Shown here: piece by piece, positions 37,495 to 50,155 of the stretch | How the letters are laid out: each line of letters begins with the position of its first letter | Position numbering within the stretch: the stretch's first letter is position 1 | Assembly: GCF_006345805.1 (NCBI RefSeq) | Contig: NC_042998.1 | Coordinates: forward strand, 46,376,001-46,440,000 | DNA length: 64,000 nucleotides | Direction of reading: 5' to 3' | Source: Octopus sinensis | Lineage: Eukaryota | Made by a program: the position numbers and the translations under genes | The notes under the pieces: model-generated | Seen by the model: only the letters and a program-made list of their open reading frames with translations | What the model was told of the DNA's origin: nothing | The model's database searches: none

Positions 37495-38050
37495 GTGAGA
37501 GAGCAGTGCATGCCATCACAGTGACACTGGGGTAAAATATACGAAGTCCAGTAAACCCACCATGAATACCCATCTGATAAGGGTACACTAAGCACATGCG
37601 TCACAACCATATGTGCGCGACATGGTGATCTCATATCAAGATAAACAGCACTTGACCTTGCAGGTGGGGCCCAGTTAGAATGTTCTTCTGGTCGAGTAAC
37701 CCATCCCACTCAAAAGGTCCCAGAATAAGGGTTGTTTAAGGATGTTGAACGAAACACCCATGTTTCCCGATGTGAAATATTCAAACCCCAAAGAATCCCT
37801 CTCAACACATGGTTATGATGCTCCCCCACTACTTCTGCTCGTGATCAGAGATGCACATGCTGCCAGCCACTAAGGGACATGGTCAACTGGTTATGGTCAA
37901 ACAACTGACAAGCAGATCTGTGATATTGAGCAGAATATTTGCTGTAGCCCATCTTTTATACCAAGACAAAACAATGTACATGATAACACTTCCAATCAGT
38001 TAAGATCAGAAGCCATGAGAGCCACTGCCTGGTACTGCATCAGGGCACTT
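37493..38050 (-). repeat. ~560-bp non-coding dispersed repeat embedded in (TTA)n on both sides
   Basis: Complex-sequence block flanked by ATT runs at 37455-37492 and 38050-38075; family assignment inferred. Confidence 0.5.
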
Positions 38051-38238
38051 ATTATTATTATTATTATTATTATTAAATGTTTTGATTGGATTATTAGAAA
38101 TGGATTACTGGTTGTTGGATTTAGATATTTGTTTAGCTTATTTGATTAGAATTTAATATGAAAAGGATACATTTATTAATGGGGTTGTTTCTTAACTGGG
38201 TAGTTGCTATAGATAATTTGTAAACTTTTATTGAATAA

Positions 38239-38398
38239 AGTGGCTGTGTGGTAAGTAGCTTGCTTACCAACCACATGGTTTCGGGTTCATTCCCACTGCG
38301 TGACACCTTGGGCAAGTGTCTTCTACTATAGCCTCAGGCCAACCAAAGCCTTGTGAGTGGATTTGGTAGACGGAAACTGAAAGAAGCCCATCATATAT

Positions 38399-38454
<56 letters not shown>

Positions 38455-38467
38455 ATATATATATATA

Positions 38468-38526
<59 letters not shown>

Positions 38527-38597
38527 GATGGTTGATAATTGATTTAGGTATGTTTCTCCATTTTCTCATTTTGTATATATGTATATATATATATATC

Positions 38598-38637
<40 letters not shown>

Positions 38638-38723
38638 ATATATATATATGTATATATATATGTATATATATATTATATATATATATATATATATACATGT
38701 ATATATATATATATATATATATC

Positions 38724-38760
<37 letters not shown>

Positions 38761-38958
38761 TGTGTGTGTGTGTGTGTGTGTATGTTTGTGTGTCTGTGTT
38801 TGTCTCCCCAACATCGCTTGATAACTTAGCGGTTCAGCAAAAGAGACTGATACAATAAGTACTAGGCTTACAAAGAATAAGTCCTGGGGTTGATTTGCTC
38901 GACTAAAGGCGGTGCTCCAGCATGGCCACAGTCAAATGACTGAAACAAGTAAAAGAGT
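38239..38958 (+). mobile_element. SINE family A with a ~400-bp expanded (TA)/(TG) core
   Basis: Head 38239-38390, tail 38790-38958. Confidence 0.8.
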
Positions 38959-39019
38959 GTATAAGGATTTACAACACAGGCATGGAAGGAAGGGGAAATT
39001 GAGTGTTGCATCTATTGCA

Positions 39020-39480
39020 TTATCATCATTACCATCCACTAACGTCCTCTTCCATGCTGGCATGGGTTGGACGGTTTGACCAAAGCTGGTAAGCTGGAGA
39101 GCTGTGCCAAGATCCAGTCTTATTTGGCTTGGTTTCTATGGCTGGATCCCCTTCCTAATGCCAACCACTTTACAGTGTGTGCTGGGTGCTTTTAACATGG
39201 TACTGGCACAGCAGTTTTCTGTGGCACTGACACAAGTGCTTTTTATGTGGTAATGGTACAGGACTCTTGTAATCCAATCCTTTTCTCCAGGGAGAGTGGC
39301 CATAACACTTCTGCTCTGCAGGACAGGTCTTCTAGAGTACAGCAAGGCCCTGGGTATCTTGTTCCTCTGTCATCTCGTCTGAAAGTTTCAGAATCCTGTG
39401 GTCATCAGACCTTGTTTCATGTCTTCTTGGGTCTCCCTCTTCCATGAGTTTGAACCACTTTGAGAGATTGGCACTTCTTT
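39020..39480 (-). mobile_element. SINE family E tail plus RTE-like 3' fragment
   Basis: GGCATTAGGAAGGGGATCCAGC motif shared with 57803; GRGRPKKT remnant. Confidence 0.55.
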
Positions 39481-40094
39481 ATGAAGCTGTTAGATATTCT
39501 GTTATATTAATAAAATTATGTTTTTTTTCCCGTTATGTTTTTGATGAGTGAAAAGGGTTTCACATGGGAATTAATACCAGCTTATTGGTTACAGACTCAT
39601 CATACACACACACAAAGGCAAAAAAAAATTATCCAATTTTAAATTTTATTTCTTCAATAAATTCTTTATAATTTAATTGAATTATACTGCTGTTTCATAT
39701 TATTGCCCTTAGACAAAATGAAACAGCAAAATCATTATTTAGTACATTTTTCACTCTATTATATTGTATATTAATTCTGTATTGTGTATATTGGCATATG
39801 GCATCAAATTGGCACCAACTCCTACCATTCAAGCATATGTAACAAGATTTGCTACAGGAGGAAAAATATTTCTTTCATATTGTTATTGATATTTTGCTGT
39901 TTTTAACACTGTGATATTGCCAAGATATTTTTCTTTTTTTTTTTCTGTTCACATTTGTCACCTTCCGAGCAATAAAAGCTATCAGTTCATTTCAATTTTT
40001 TTCTTTAACTATAGAAAAAATAATGATAGTAATAGTAGTAGTAGTAGTAGTAGTAGTAGTAATAATAATAATAATAATAGTAATAATAATAGCA

Positions 40095-41800
40095 TGGTAT
40101 GAAAAGCATGTTAGGTTCTTCAAGTACAACAACATGTTCAAAAATAACTTATAAAATTTTTACAGCAAAATAGAAGTGCAAGAATTTAGGAATTTTTACA
40201 GCAAGAAGAAGTGCAAGAATTTAGGAATAAAATTTGGGTAGAAGAAAAACCACTCAATAAAATGGCCCCTTGGATTGATGGTATATCTACTGACTTAGGC
40301 CCCTTAGATAAGCAAAAATGGGAGGGTATCAAGGTAGAAGATGTAAGATCTGCTCCCATGAGGTCAAGCAAATGGAAGTCACCAGGAAAGGATAAAATTC
40401 CTAACTTCTGGTGGAATGCCTTCTCAGAGAATCCTGAACTGCTTACAAAACTTTACAACAATGTTTTGTAACAACCTAGTATGATTCCCTCTTGGCTAGT
40501 TAATGGTGTTACATTTCTACTTCCAAAAAATGATGAAACAAATGAACCAAAAAAATTATAGACCCATAACCTGCTTAATTACAATGTATAAAATACTAAC
40601 ATCTGTCTTGACTGAATATACCTATATTTTTTTAATAGAAAGTGGCATATTCACTAATGAGCAAAAAGGATGTAAATGTGGATCCTATGGCTGTAAAGAT
40701 CAGCTACTCATCAATAAAACTATCTTGGAAGATTGTCACAAACAACACAAGAACTTTTTGATAGCCTGTATAGACTATAAAAAAGCTTTTGATAGTCTAT
40801 CACATAGCTGGATAAAGAAATGTCTGGAAATTTATAAAATAGCACTTACTCTACGAAACTTCTTATCTTTATGTATGAGATCATGGAGAACTACAGTGAC
40901 TTTGAACAGTGACAATGAATCTCTCAATGCTGGAGATATAAGAATTTTATGTGGCATTTTCCAGGGTGACTCTCTATCAACACTCTTCTTTTGTCTGGCC
41001 TTAATACTTCTCTCGAAATTGCTTAATGATGTACAATATGGCTATAAAATGTTTGATATAAATATAAATCATCTCTTTTACATGGATGATTAAAAGTTCT
41101 TTGCAAAAAATGACCGACAACTACAGGGCTTACTAATAATTGTCAATTAGTTCAGTGATGGCATCAGGTTGCAATTTGGCCCCGATAAATGTGCAAAAGC
41201 TACTTTTATCAAAGGTAAAATGATAAAAACATCCAACGTTAATCTTGACCAACAGAATGTCATAAAGGAGTTAGAACCAGTAGAGAACTACTGATACCTA
41301 GGGGTATTTGAAGGTGATGGAATCAAACATCAATGATGAGGGAAAGGATCAGAAAAGAATATTATTGCAGGGCAAGGGCAATACTCAAGACAGAGCTGAA
41401 TGCAAGAAATAAGAATGAAGCAATCACTACTTTGGCCATACCGGCTGTGACTTACAGTTTCAATATTATTAACTGACCAATTACTGAAATATGTAATCTT
41501 GACAGAAAAATACAAAATTTGTTGACAATGCATAGAATGCACTACCCTAAGGCAGATATAGAACGACTTTACTTGCCAAGAAAAGAGGGTGACTGTGGAC
41601 TTTTACAACTGGAATTAACAATGGATATTGCCACAATTGGCCTAAACACTTACCTAAAAAAAACTCTGATGACTGAATGTTAAAACTTGTCTTAAAGCAT
41701 GAAAACAAGAGAACATCATATTCAGTAACAAAACGAGCAAAGTAATGTCTAAACGAGTTCTAAATACAACAAATCCCAGAATTAGACATACTGGAAACAA
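40095..41800 (+). mobile_element. RLE-type non-LTR retrotransposon (R4/Dong-like) RT fragment in OTC intron 1
   Basis: KWKSPGKDKIPNFW, YRPITCL, EQKGCKCG, DYKKAFDS, GIFQGDSLS, HLFYMDD; stops and frameshifts; related to the 8904-11460 element. Confidence 0.9.
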
Positions 41801-42599
41801 GCAAAGAAATTATGTTCTTGAAAAGCAACTTCATAACCACACATCTGTGTTTGTGCCTATATAAGAATAAAGTGGTGGGAAAACTATTGGGAGCTGTCTT
41901 AATCTATATTAATAAAGGCAAAATTCTGTCTGTCCATCTGGGAACCCCTGTATCTTAGTCTACATTTGCTCTACATAGACATATTATACCTTTCTGGAAT
42001 CTGGATGATCCTGGGATTGAAAATCTGCCCATCATTTGGTTCTTGAACATCCAGCATTGGGATCTGATTTAAAAGCATTTGGGTTGCTATTTCTAGCAGG
42101 TAAAGCTTGGCTTATTCAGGCCATCTTGGTATGCATTTGTCAGATGACATCAGAGATCAAGGAGGCGGGGGGGGGGGGGGTAAATGACATTTTACTTTGT
42201 TAATTTTGCATTGAGATAAGAACTTTGGGACAAATGGGCCCACAGTTGGAATTCAACTTGGGACTGGAACAATAGAATGATTGCATTAGAGAATTCTCAT
42301 CTGTCCTTAACCTCTGATCAAACACCACTGGAGCATATAATCATTATAGAGGTATTATAGTCATGCTATTTAGCTCTTTTTAGTTTTGGGCCACAGGCCT
42401 AATTAGCCTTCTATAGGAGCCAGTTTAAAAGTCCAAACAGAATGCGGCTTTTAAGCTAGTGTTGAATAAATATGAAAATAAATATATTCATTATTAATAA
42501 TTAGTAATTGTAAAAATTAAATGTTTTTTTTTGTTGTGTCACAACTTCACATGTTTATCCTTCATTGAATATTTTTCTATCTCTTGTTGATTTTGACAG

Positions 42600-42711
42600 C
42601 TCACTTGTAGGAAGAGACTTTGACAGCTTAAAATATTACCAACCTGACGAAATTAAGCAACTGCTATGGACAGCAAACGATTTGAAGGTTCGCATGAAAA
42701 AAGACAAAGAG
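42600..42711 (+). CDS. OTC: OTC coding exon 2 (SLVGRDFDSLKYYQPDEIKQLLWTANDLKVRMKKDKE)
   Basis: ttttgacag|c acceptor, GAG|gtaggt donor; aligns by eye to human [37 protein letters not shown] and ends at the same codon. Confidence 0.93.
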
Positions 42712-42849
42712 GTAGGTATCTGTTATTTAAACAGAATTATCATTAAAAATATTAATACTGCTTGTCCTATTCAATCTTATCATTTAAAATACCAATCTTA
42801 TCAGGTGGCCAGCATGGGAATAAAAACCTCAAAGGTAATAATTATTATT

Positions 42850-42996
42850 AAAATTTTAATTAAGGGTATCCAAGAGATACCTGTATCTAGCATGGTGGTA
42901 TCTCTTAGATACCCTTAATTATAATATATATATATATATATATAATTATAATTAAGGGTATCTAAGAGATCTAAGAGATACCCTTAATTAAAATTT
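42850..42996. repeat. Four-arm alternating palindrome around (TA)n
   Basis: TAATTAAGGGTATC unit present four times in alternating orientation. Confidence 0.9.
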
Positions 42997-43029
42997 ATAT
43001 ATATATATATATATATATAGTTGATTAAA

Positions 43030-43225
43030 AAATGGAGAAAAAGGCAACAAGAAAAAACAAAAACACGAGGATGTAGCACATGCAAAGTATTTATAAGACG
43101 CTCAAGGAAGGAAAGAGTGGTTGTTTTATGTTTTGAGCATAGCTCTTCTTCGGAAACAGGAGACATAGGAAAGTCCAAAAGAAAAGGAAGAAGGAGGAAA
43201 AAATTGCCAGCAGTCAATGTGTAGT
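43030..43225 (-). repeat. Family D repeat (degenerate ribozyme core)
   Basis: Reverse complement reads CCGAAGA-A-GAGC-TAT-GCTC-AAAAC. Confidence 0.65.
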
Positions 43226-43748
43226 TACATTTTTGAATTGATCAGAAGCAGATGGACACAAAGATAAAATGTTTTCTGGGACAGGATAGTGTGAAGAATG
43301 GTTGGCATGTGTGTGCGTGCATGCGCGTGCCTGTGTGTGTTAGCGTGTGTGTGTATGATAGTTTGTGTGTTAGCATGTGTGTGTGTGTGGCAGTAAATGA
43401 GTGTGTGTGTGTGTGCATGATAGCATGTGTACGTAGTAGCATGTATGCATGGTAGGGTGCATGCATGTGGTAGTAGTGACCATGTGTGTGTGTGTGTGTG
43501 CTAATGTCATAGTGAGAGATCAGCAGCTATAGTGACAAGTGTGTGCACTGGTGGTTGTGGCAGTGTGCGTGTGATATATATATATTTTGTTTTTGGACTT
43601 GGTCAAGACAATTGAAAAAGTTGCAAGATGTAATGAAAATTTTAGGAAAATAAAAATAAGAAATAATAGGAAATTTTACCGGTGAGTGTGTTAAATTATA
43701 AGGCACAAAAAGAAAATGACTCTCCCCAGACACAACAGTATATATATA

Positions 43749-44147
43749 TAGGCGCAGGAGTGGCTGTGTGGTAAGTAGCTTGCTAACCAACCACATGGTT
43801 CCAGGTTCAGTCCCACTGCGTGGCATCTTGGGCAAGTGTCTTCTGCTATAGCCTCGGGCCGACCAAAGCCTTGTGAATGGATATGGTAGACGGAAACTGA
43901 AAGAAGCCTGTCGTATATATGTATATATATGTGTGTGTATGTTTGTGTGTCTGTGTTTGTCCCCCTAGCATTGCTTGACAACCGATGCTGGTGTGTTTAT
44001 GTCCTCGTTACTTAGCGGTTCGGCAAAAGAGACTGATAGAATAAGTACTGGGCTTACAAAGAATAAGTCCTGGGGTCGATTTGCTTGACTAAAGGTGGTG
44101 CTCCAGCATGGCCGCAGTCAAATGACTGAAACAAGTAAAAGAGTAAA

Positions 44148-44150
<3 letters not shown>
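43749..44150 (+). mobile_element. SINE family A, full length
   Basis: Head, short core, tail. Confidence 0.85.
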
Positions 44151-44191
<41 letters not shown>

Positions 44192-44564
44192 TTATTTATT
44201 AAGAAAACATATATAGGGTAGGAAAATTAGAGAAAATTTCTACCAGTGGCTAGCATGCATAAAATAGTCAACAGACAAAATATTATTCATATAAAATTAG
44301 TGTACATTTATATACAAAAGAGGTGTTCTATAAGGGCCACATCTTTTGTGTTTAAATGTACACTAATTTTATATATGTATTTATATCCATCCATCCATTG
44401 TTCTGTTTCCATTTTTTCCCCCTATAGGCTCAAAATGCCAAATGCTTTCCGATTCTTCCGAAGTCTCAAACTAATACATTTGCTTGTTGCTCCCTCACCT
44501 GTCTTCGTCTTTTTGTTTTCTGTAAATTTGAACTATATACATACATACATACATACATACATAC

Positions 44565-44776
44565 ATAAAGTTAATCCAAACATGAACAAAGAGAAAACAA
44601 CAATGCAAGGTCATGGAACAAGTATAGTGTTATTGGACGCTCAGGAAAGGAAAGAAAGAAGGAGGATTTAATGTTTTGAGCGGTGCTCTTCGTCAGAAAC
44701 ATAGAAAACGAAAAAATTCAAGGAAGGGAAGATTGAGGGAAAAACATTGCCAACGATACACAAGCGGTCACATTGA

Positions 44777-44780
<4 letters not shown>
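44565..44780 (-). repeat. Family D repeat between (TACA)n tracts
   Basis: Reverse complement reads CTGACGA-A-GAGC-ACC-GCTC-AAAAC (G12 mutated). Confidence 0.7.
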
Positions 44781-44807
<27 letters not shown>

Positions 44808-45758
44808 CATACATACATACATACATACATACATACATACATACATCCATACATACATACATACATACATACATGCATACATATATGTATCCCACTGATG
44901 CCAGCATGAAGGGCTTACATTAAACGATGATGATGATATATATATATGAGTGTGTGTGTGTGTGTGTTATTTTGAGGGTATAAATTGCTCTTAAGAAAGA
45001 TGTTAACATGCAAATTACCCTGGTTTAATCCAATATATCCATGAAATACTCAGTATTATTTAATAGTATTAGTGTTTATTATTTAATAGGCACCAATTAA
45101 GTATTTTACAGAGTTTGGACATTTTTAATAGCTATGTGTTTCACTTTGATATATATGGGTATATTTCAATATAGTATATGAAAAGATGTGATTAAGATGT
45201 GATTCCTTTTGTGTCAATTTAGTCATCCTGAAGAAATATTCAACCCTCTATTTTCAAAATGCAATTTTACTTTATTAAATTGTAATTTGATGGAGTTGGA
45301 TATGGAAACAATTGTAGGTAACAGAGAATTGACAATATGTTAATAAATTGATGTTTATCTGTTAAAACTCACCATTTTCTTCTTATCATATACTATATAT
45401 ATATAAAAGTTGCTTTGAGGATAAGTTAACCTCATAAAGGAATCTTTAATTTCTTATTCTTTCCTTCATTTAACTGAACATGAACCTTATTCTTTATATA
45501 TATATATATATATATACATATTTATATAGTATGTTCAGGTAATTTAAATCAAGTTTAAGAATAACTGAATATTTGTTGATGGGGTGGCTCATTACTGAGA
45601 GTAGGGTTAAATTTATTGTCAAGTTCAATTTGACTGAGACTGTACTCTATGTATGTCTTTGTGTTTATCTTAATTTATCGTCCCCCAAATACAAACAAAT
45701 CTTAGCATTTCTATTAGAGTTAATACTAAGTTTTCAATTTTTTTCTATTTGTTTCCAG

Positions 45759-45840
45759 TTGTATCAGCCTCTAGTAGGAAAGTCTTTGGCAATGATTTTC
45801 CAGAAGAGAAGTACACGAACTCGGGTTTCTTCAGAATCAG
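45759..45840 (+). CDS. OTC: OTC coding exon 3 (LYQPLVGKSLAMIFQKRSTRTRVSSES-G)
   Basis: 82 bp, tttccag| acceptor and |gtaatg donor; carries the carbamoyl-phosphate-binding STRTR motif. Confidence 0.97.
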
Positions 45841-46149
45841 GTAATGTAAATACTTAAAAACAAATTAATTCTTTTGTAACAGATATTTTTGTAGATATCA
45901 AACTGTTGAGTATCATTCGTGACTTCAATTCTGTTGCGTTGTTGGGTCACCTGGAAAGATTACACATTTCTACTTAGTGTAGTTTAAGAAGCTTGACAGC
46001 CTGCGTTTATTTATGTTCTTGTAACTTAGTGGTTCAGCAAAAGAAGCTGACAAAATAAGGACCAGACTTATAAATAAGCACTTGGATTGATTTGTTTGAG
46101 TAAACCCTCCAAGATGGTACCCTAGCATGGTTGCAATCCAAAGACTTAA

Positions 46150-46354
46150 CCCTTTAGCATTTAAACCGGCCATATCCGGCCAAAAGTGTTCAAACTGGCC
46201 AGATCTGGTCTCTCACACCAGCCCTACAATATCGTTTTAAAAATTAACAGCTACCTCATCAAAATCTCATAGCTACAAGATAATGCCTGATTAGTTCAAA
46301 ACAATGTGGATAAAAAAGGATTAATTTTGGCAGAATAATGTGAACACTAAAGGG
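46150..46354. mobile_element. piggyBac-type MITE nested in a SINE A tail (45990-46365)
   Basis: TTAA|CCCTTTAG...CTAAAGGG|TTAA. Confidence 0.8.
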
Positions 46355-47214
46355 TTAAACAAGATAGAATCAATAGATAAATTAAATAGAATTATGACTA
46401 GAGGAAACTTTTCGTTATTTTATGTGCTGTTGCTAGCAAAATTTGTATGTAATTGATCGAACGTCTTGTTTTTCTAACATTTCTTTAGAACTCAGTGGGT
46501 GAAACCAGCTTCGTTGTATGACTTTTAGAAGCCTCTTACAACCTTGTTGTTTCAAGGCTCTATCCCTTCAATCAAAATTCATAATCTAGCTATATTTTAT
46601 TTTATTCTATCTGAAGTTCAATATTTCTCTTTATCCTAAGAACATCTTTAAACATACAACAAGTTAAATTTATTTAGGTCTATTACAAATTTCAAGAAGT
46701 AAAAACTTCCAGATTCGAATAAAAGAGCACTTTTATAATCCAGGCAACTTTCAAAGACAAACATGGAGCACTTTTTATTTTGTTTTGTGAAATCACTGAG
46801 CAGTTTCAGAATAATTTAAGCTCAGAGCTAAGTTCATGTTCAATAGATATCATAGGCAATCCTGAATGTCTGGTACACATTTGGGGTACAATGTAATATT
46901 TTATAAGCGCTTTTTGCAGGTGCAATGTTCTACCATTTTATTTCTTGAAATTTTCAGTTAACATAGTTTAATTCATGTTCAGTATCTTAACCAAGTAAGT
47001 AGATGACTCATCTACATACTTTGATCTTAATATGGGGGCCCCCTCAACTGCAGAGCCCCCCTGCAAGCGCAGGGATTGCAAGGGCTTAGCCCTGGATGAA
47101 ACTGATGTATACTGTTGTTTACAATGCCACTTGTTTATTCCTATTATTTATGTTTCATCAAATCATTTTATATACGCATTTCTAAAAGCCATGATACATA
47201 GATAGATAGATAGT

Positions 47215-47260
<46 letters not shown>

Positions 47261-47432
47261 TGTTTCTTTATTAGCCACTCAGAGCTGAACACAGACGGGA
47301 GAAATTACAAAGTAGAGCTTTGGGGGGGGGGGGAGAAAAAAAGTGGGGTAGGTTTTCAATCAAAAGGGATCATAAAAAAGAAAGAAAACAATAATAAAAA
47401 AACAATCAATAGGGATCGCGTATCAGATAAAA

Positions 47433-47515
<83 letters not shown>

Positions 47516-47892
47516 GAGGGGTGGGTGGAGATTAGATGGACAACGCTATATTCTGTCACCAACAGCTGTGTACCAGACTAAAAAAATTTCAAGATGGTTA
47601 AAGCTCTTGCAGTAGCAGCAGCAGCAAATGCATGATGTGGCATGCATTGTTTGAGAGAATTTAAAATATTTTAACGAATTAAATATACTTGTTTTTACAT
47701 TGTTGTTATTTATCTTACAACCAATATGGCCACAAATGGTATTATTGTTAGTGTTGTTTAATTGTTGTTAAGCGTTCGGGACTATATTGAAGTCAGTTAT
47801 ACTCTCACCAAGGAGAAACAAATCTATAAACTACGGTATCCTCTTTGAACGAGGAACAGTCAGGCTCAGACTTTCGTAATTTAGGTCAGAGC

Positions 47893-48490
47893 GTCGAGCT
47901 GGCAGAAACGTTAGCACGCCGGGCGAAATGCGTAGCCGTATTTCGTCTGTCGTTACGTTCTGAGTTCAAATTCCGCCGAGGTCGACTTTGACTTTCATCC
48001 TTTCGAGGTCGATAAATTAAGTACCAGTTACGCACTGGGGTCGATATAATCGACATAATCCATTTGGCTGTTCTTGTTTGTCGTCTCTGTGTTTAGCCCC
48101 TTGTGGGTTGTAAAGAAATAGGTATTTCGTCTGCCGCTACGTTCTGAGTTCAAATTCCGCCGAGGTCGACTTTGCCTTTCATCCTTTCGGGGTCGATAAA
48201 TTAAGTACCAGTTACGCACTTGGGTCGATATAAGCGACTTAATCCGTTTGTCTGTCCTTGTTTGTCTCCTCTATGTTTAGCTCCTTGTGGGTAATAAAGA
48301 AATATGAAACGTTAGCACGCCGGGCGAAATGCTTAGCGGTATTTCGTCTGCCTTTACGTTTTGAGTTCAAATTCCGCTGAGGTCGACTTTGCCTTTCATC
48401 CTTTCGGGTTCAATAAATTAAGTACCAGTTGCGTACTGGAATCGATCTAATCGACTGGCCCCCTCCCCCAAAATTTCGGGCCTTGTGCCT
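47893..48490 (+). mobile_element. SINE family C head-to-tail trimer
   Basis: Three tandem GAGTTCAAATTCCGC(C/T)GAGGTCGAC bodies. Confidence 0.85.
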
Positions 48491-49021
48491 GAAGTAAAAA
48501 AAAAAAAAATGAATTTAGGCTAGCGCGTAACGGTATAAGGGAGACAAATCTTAAAACTTATGAATGACCTCCCTTGAATTTAAGAAACTTCGGTTGTGTA
48601 ATCTTCTTCACTATTGCCTTGAACATGGTTGTGAAGCAAGCTTTTTAACAACCCACAGTGATATATAGAAATAAATGTACACACACACAAACACACACTC
48701 TCTCTCTCTCTCTCTCTCCCCACTCTCTCTCCCTCCCTCCCTCCCTCCCTTTCTCTCCCTCTCTCTCTCCCTCCCTCCTCCCTTTCTCTCCCTCTCTTCA
48801 GTGATCTCATCATCTTTGATATTACATAATTTGAAGCAGGTATAAATATAATGCAATTTAACCATTATCATTTTGATACAATTTAAATTTAAGGTTTCAC
48901 CATTTTCATTTAAAATCATCTACGTTTTATCTCGTAGCAGGAGGATTCACTACCACCACTGACATGTTTTTCTTTTAGCATCTTGTTTTCGTTCTTTAAA
49001 AAATTTATTTTTTATCTTTTA

Positions 49022-49376
49022 CCTTTTACTCGTTTCGGACATTAGACTGCGGCCATGCTGGAGTTACCGCCTTGAAGAATTTTCAGTCAAATGAATCAAC
49101 TGTAGTACTTATTTTTTGTTAAGCCTTGTACTTAGTTGGTTGATCTTTTTTTGCCAAACTGCTCAGTTATGGGGACATAAACACACCAACACCAGTTGTC
49201 AAGCAATGATGTGAGACAAAGACACACACACACACACACACACATACGATGGGCTTCTTTCAGTTTTCCATCTACAAAATCCACTCCCAAAGCATTGGTC
49301 AGCCCGAGGCTATAGTAAAAGACACTTGCCCAAGTTGCCCCACTGTGGGACTGAACCTGGAACCACGTGGTTGAGA
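49022..49376 (-). mobile_element. SINE family A
   Basis: Tail, (CA)n core, head. Confidence 0.75.
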
Positions 49377-49453
49377 AATTTATTTATATCATTAATAATT
49401 TTTCTTTGTTAAAAGTTTGCATATAATGAAGTAGTTTCATATTTTTTTTCCAG

Positions 49454-49541
49454 GAATGAACCTTCTTGGAGGTCAATCCATTTTCCTTGGCCCAGATGAT
49501 GTCCATATTGGTGTGAATGAAAGCATCAAAGACACTGCTCA
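49454..49541 (+). CDS. OTC: OTC coding exon 4 (G-MNLLGGQSIFLGPDDVHIGVNESIKDTA-H)
   Basis: 88 bp, ttccag| and |gtaatt; LGG...GVNES..DTA motif of the OTC/ATC family. Not in the ORF track. Confidence 0.96.
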
Positions 49542-49964
49542 GTAATTACATCTTTTCCTCACTGATATGTTGCATTCTTACAAAAATAATATTTTCTATA
49601 TTTGCAAACAGTGCCACCTTAAGGCATGAGCACACTAGGCCTCACAAGTCTAGGGGATCCAGTTCTGACCGATGTATGCTGTGGCTTGCTATCAATAACT
49701 AAATACTATAGGGCAAAATGCACTGATTTGCCTGGAGGCCCCACGAATCTAGATACCCAATTTAGACCTATGTATATTGTAGCCTCATCATTTAATGTCC
49801 GTTTTCCATATGGGCATGGGTTGAATGGTTTGACTGGGACTTGCTTGGCAGAAGGCCACAGTAGGCTTCACTGTCTGTTTTGGCAGGATTTTTACAGCTG
49901 GATGCTCCTCCTAACACCAACACTTTATAAAGTGGCTTGCTGTCAATAAATAAAAACTATATTC

Positions 49965-50155
49965 TCGGAGTGGCTGGCGACTACAGTCTCAGAGTGGTTG
50001 GCGTTAGGAAGGGCATCCAGCTGTAGAAACTCTGCCAGATCAAGATTGAAGTATGGTGCAGCCATCTGGTTTGCCAACCCTCAGTCAAATTGTACAACCC
50101 ATACGAGCATGGAAAGCAGACTTTAAACAATGATGATGATGATGATGATGATGAT
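49965..50155 (+). mobile_element. SINE family E, 3' part with (GAT)n tail
   Basis: GGAGTGGTTGGCGTTAGGAAGGGCATCCAGCTGTAGAAAC; the CTCGGAGTGG head is locally duplicated. Confidence 0.7.
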
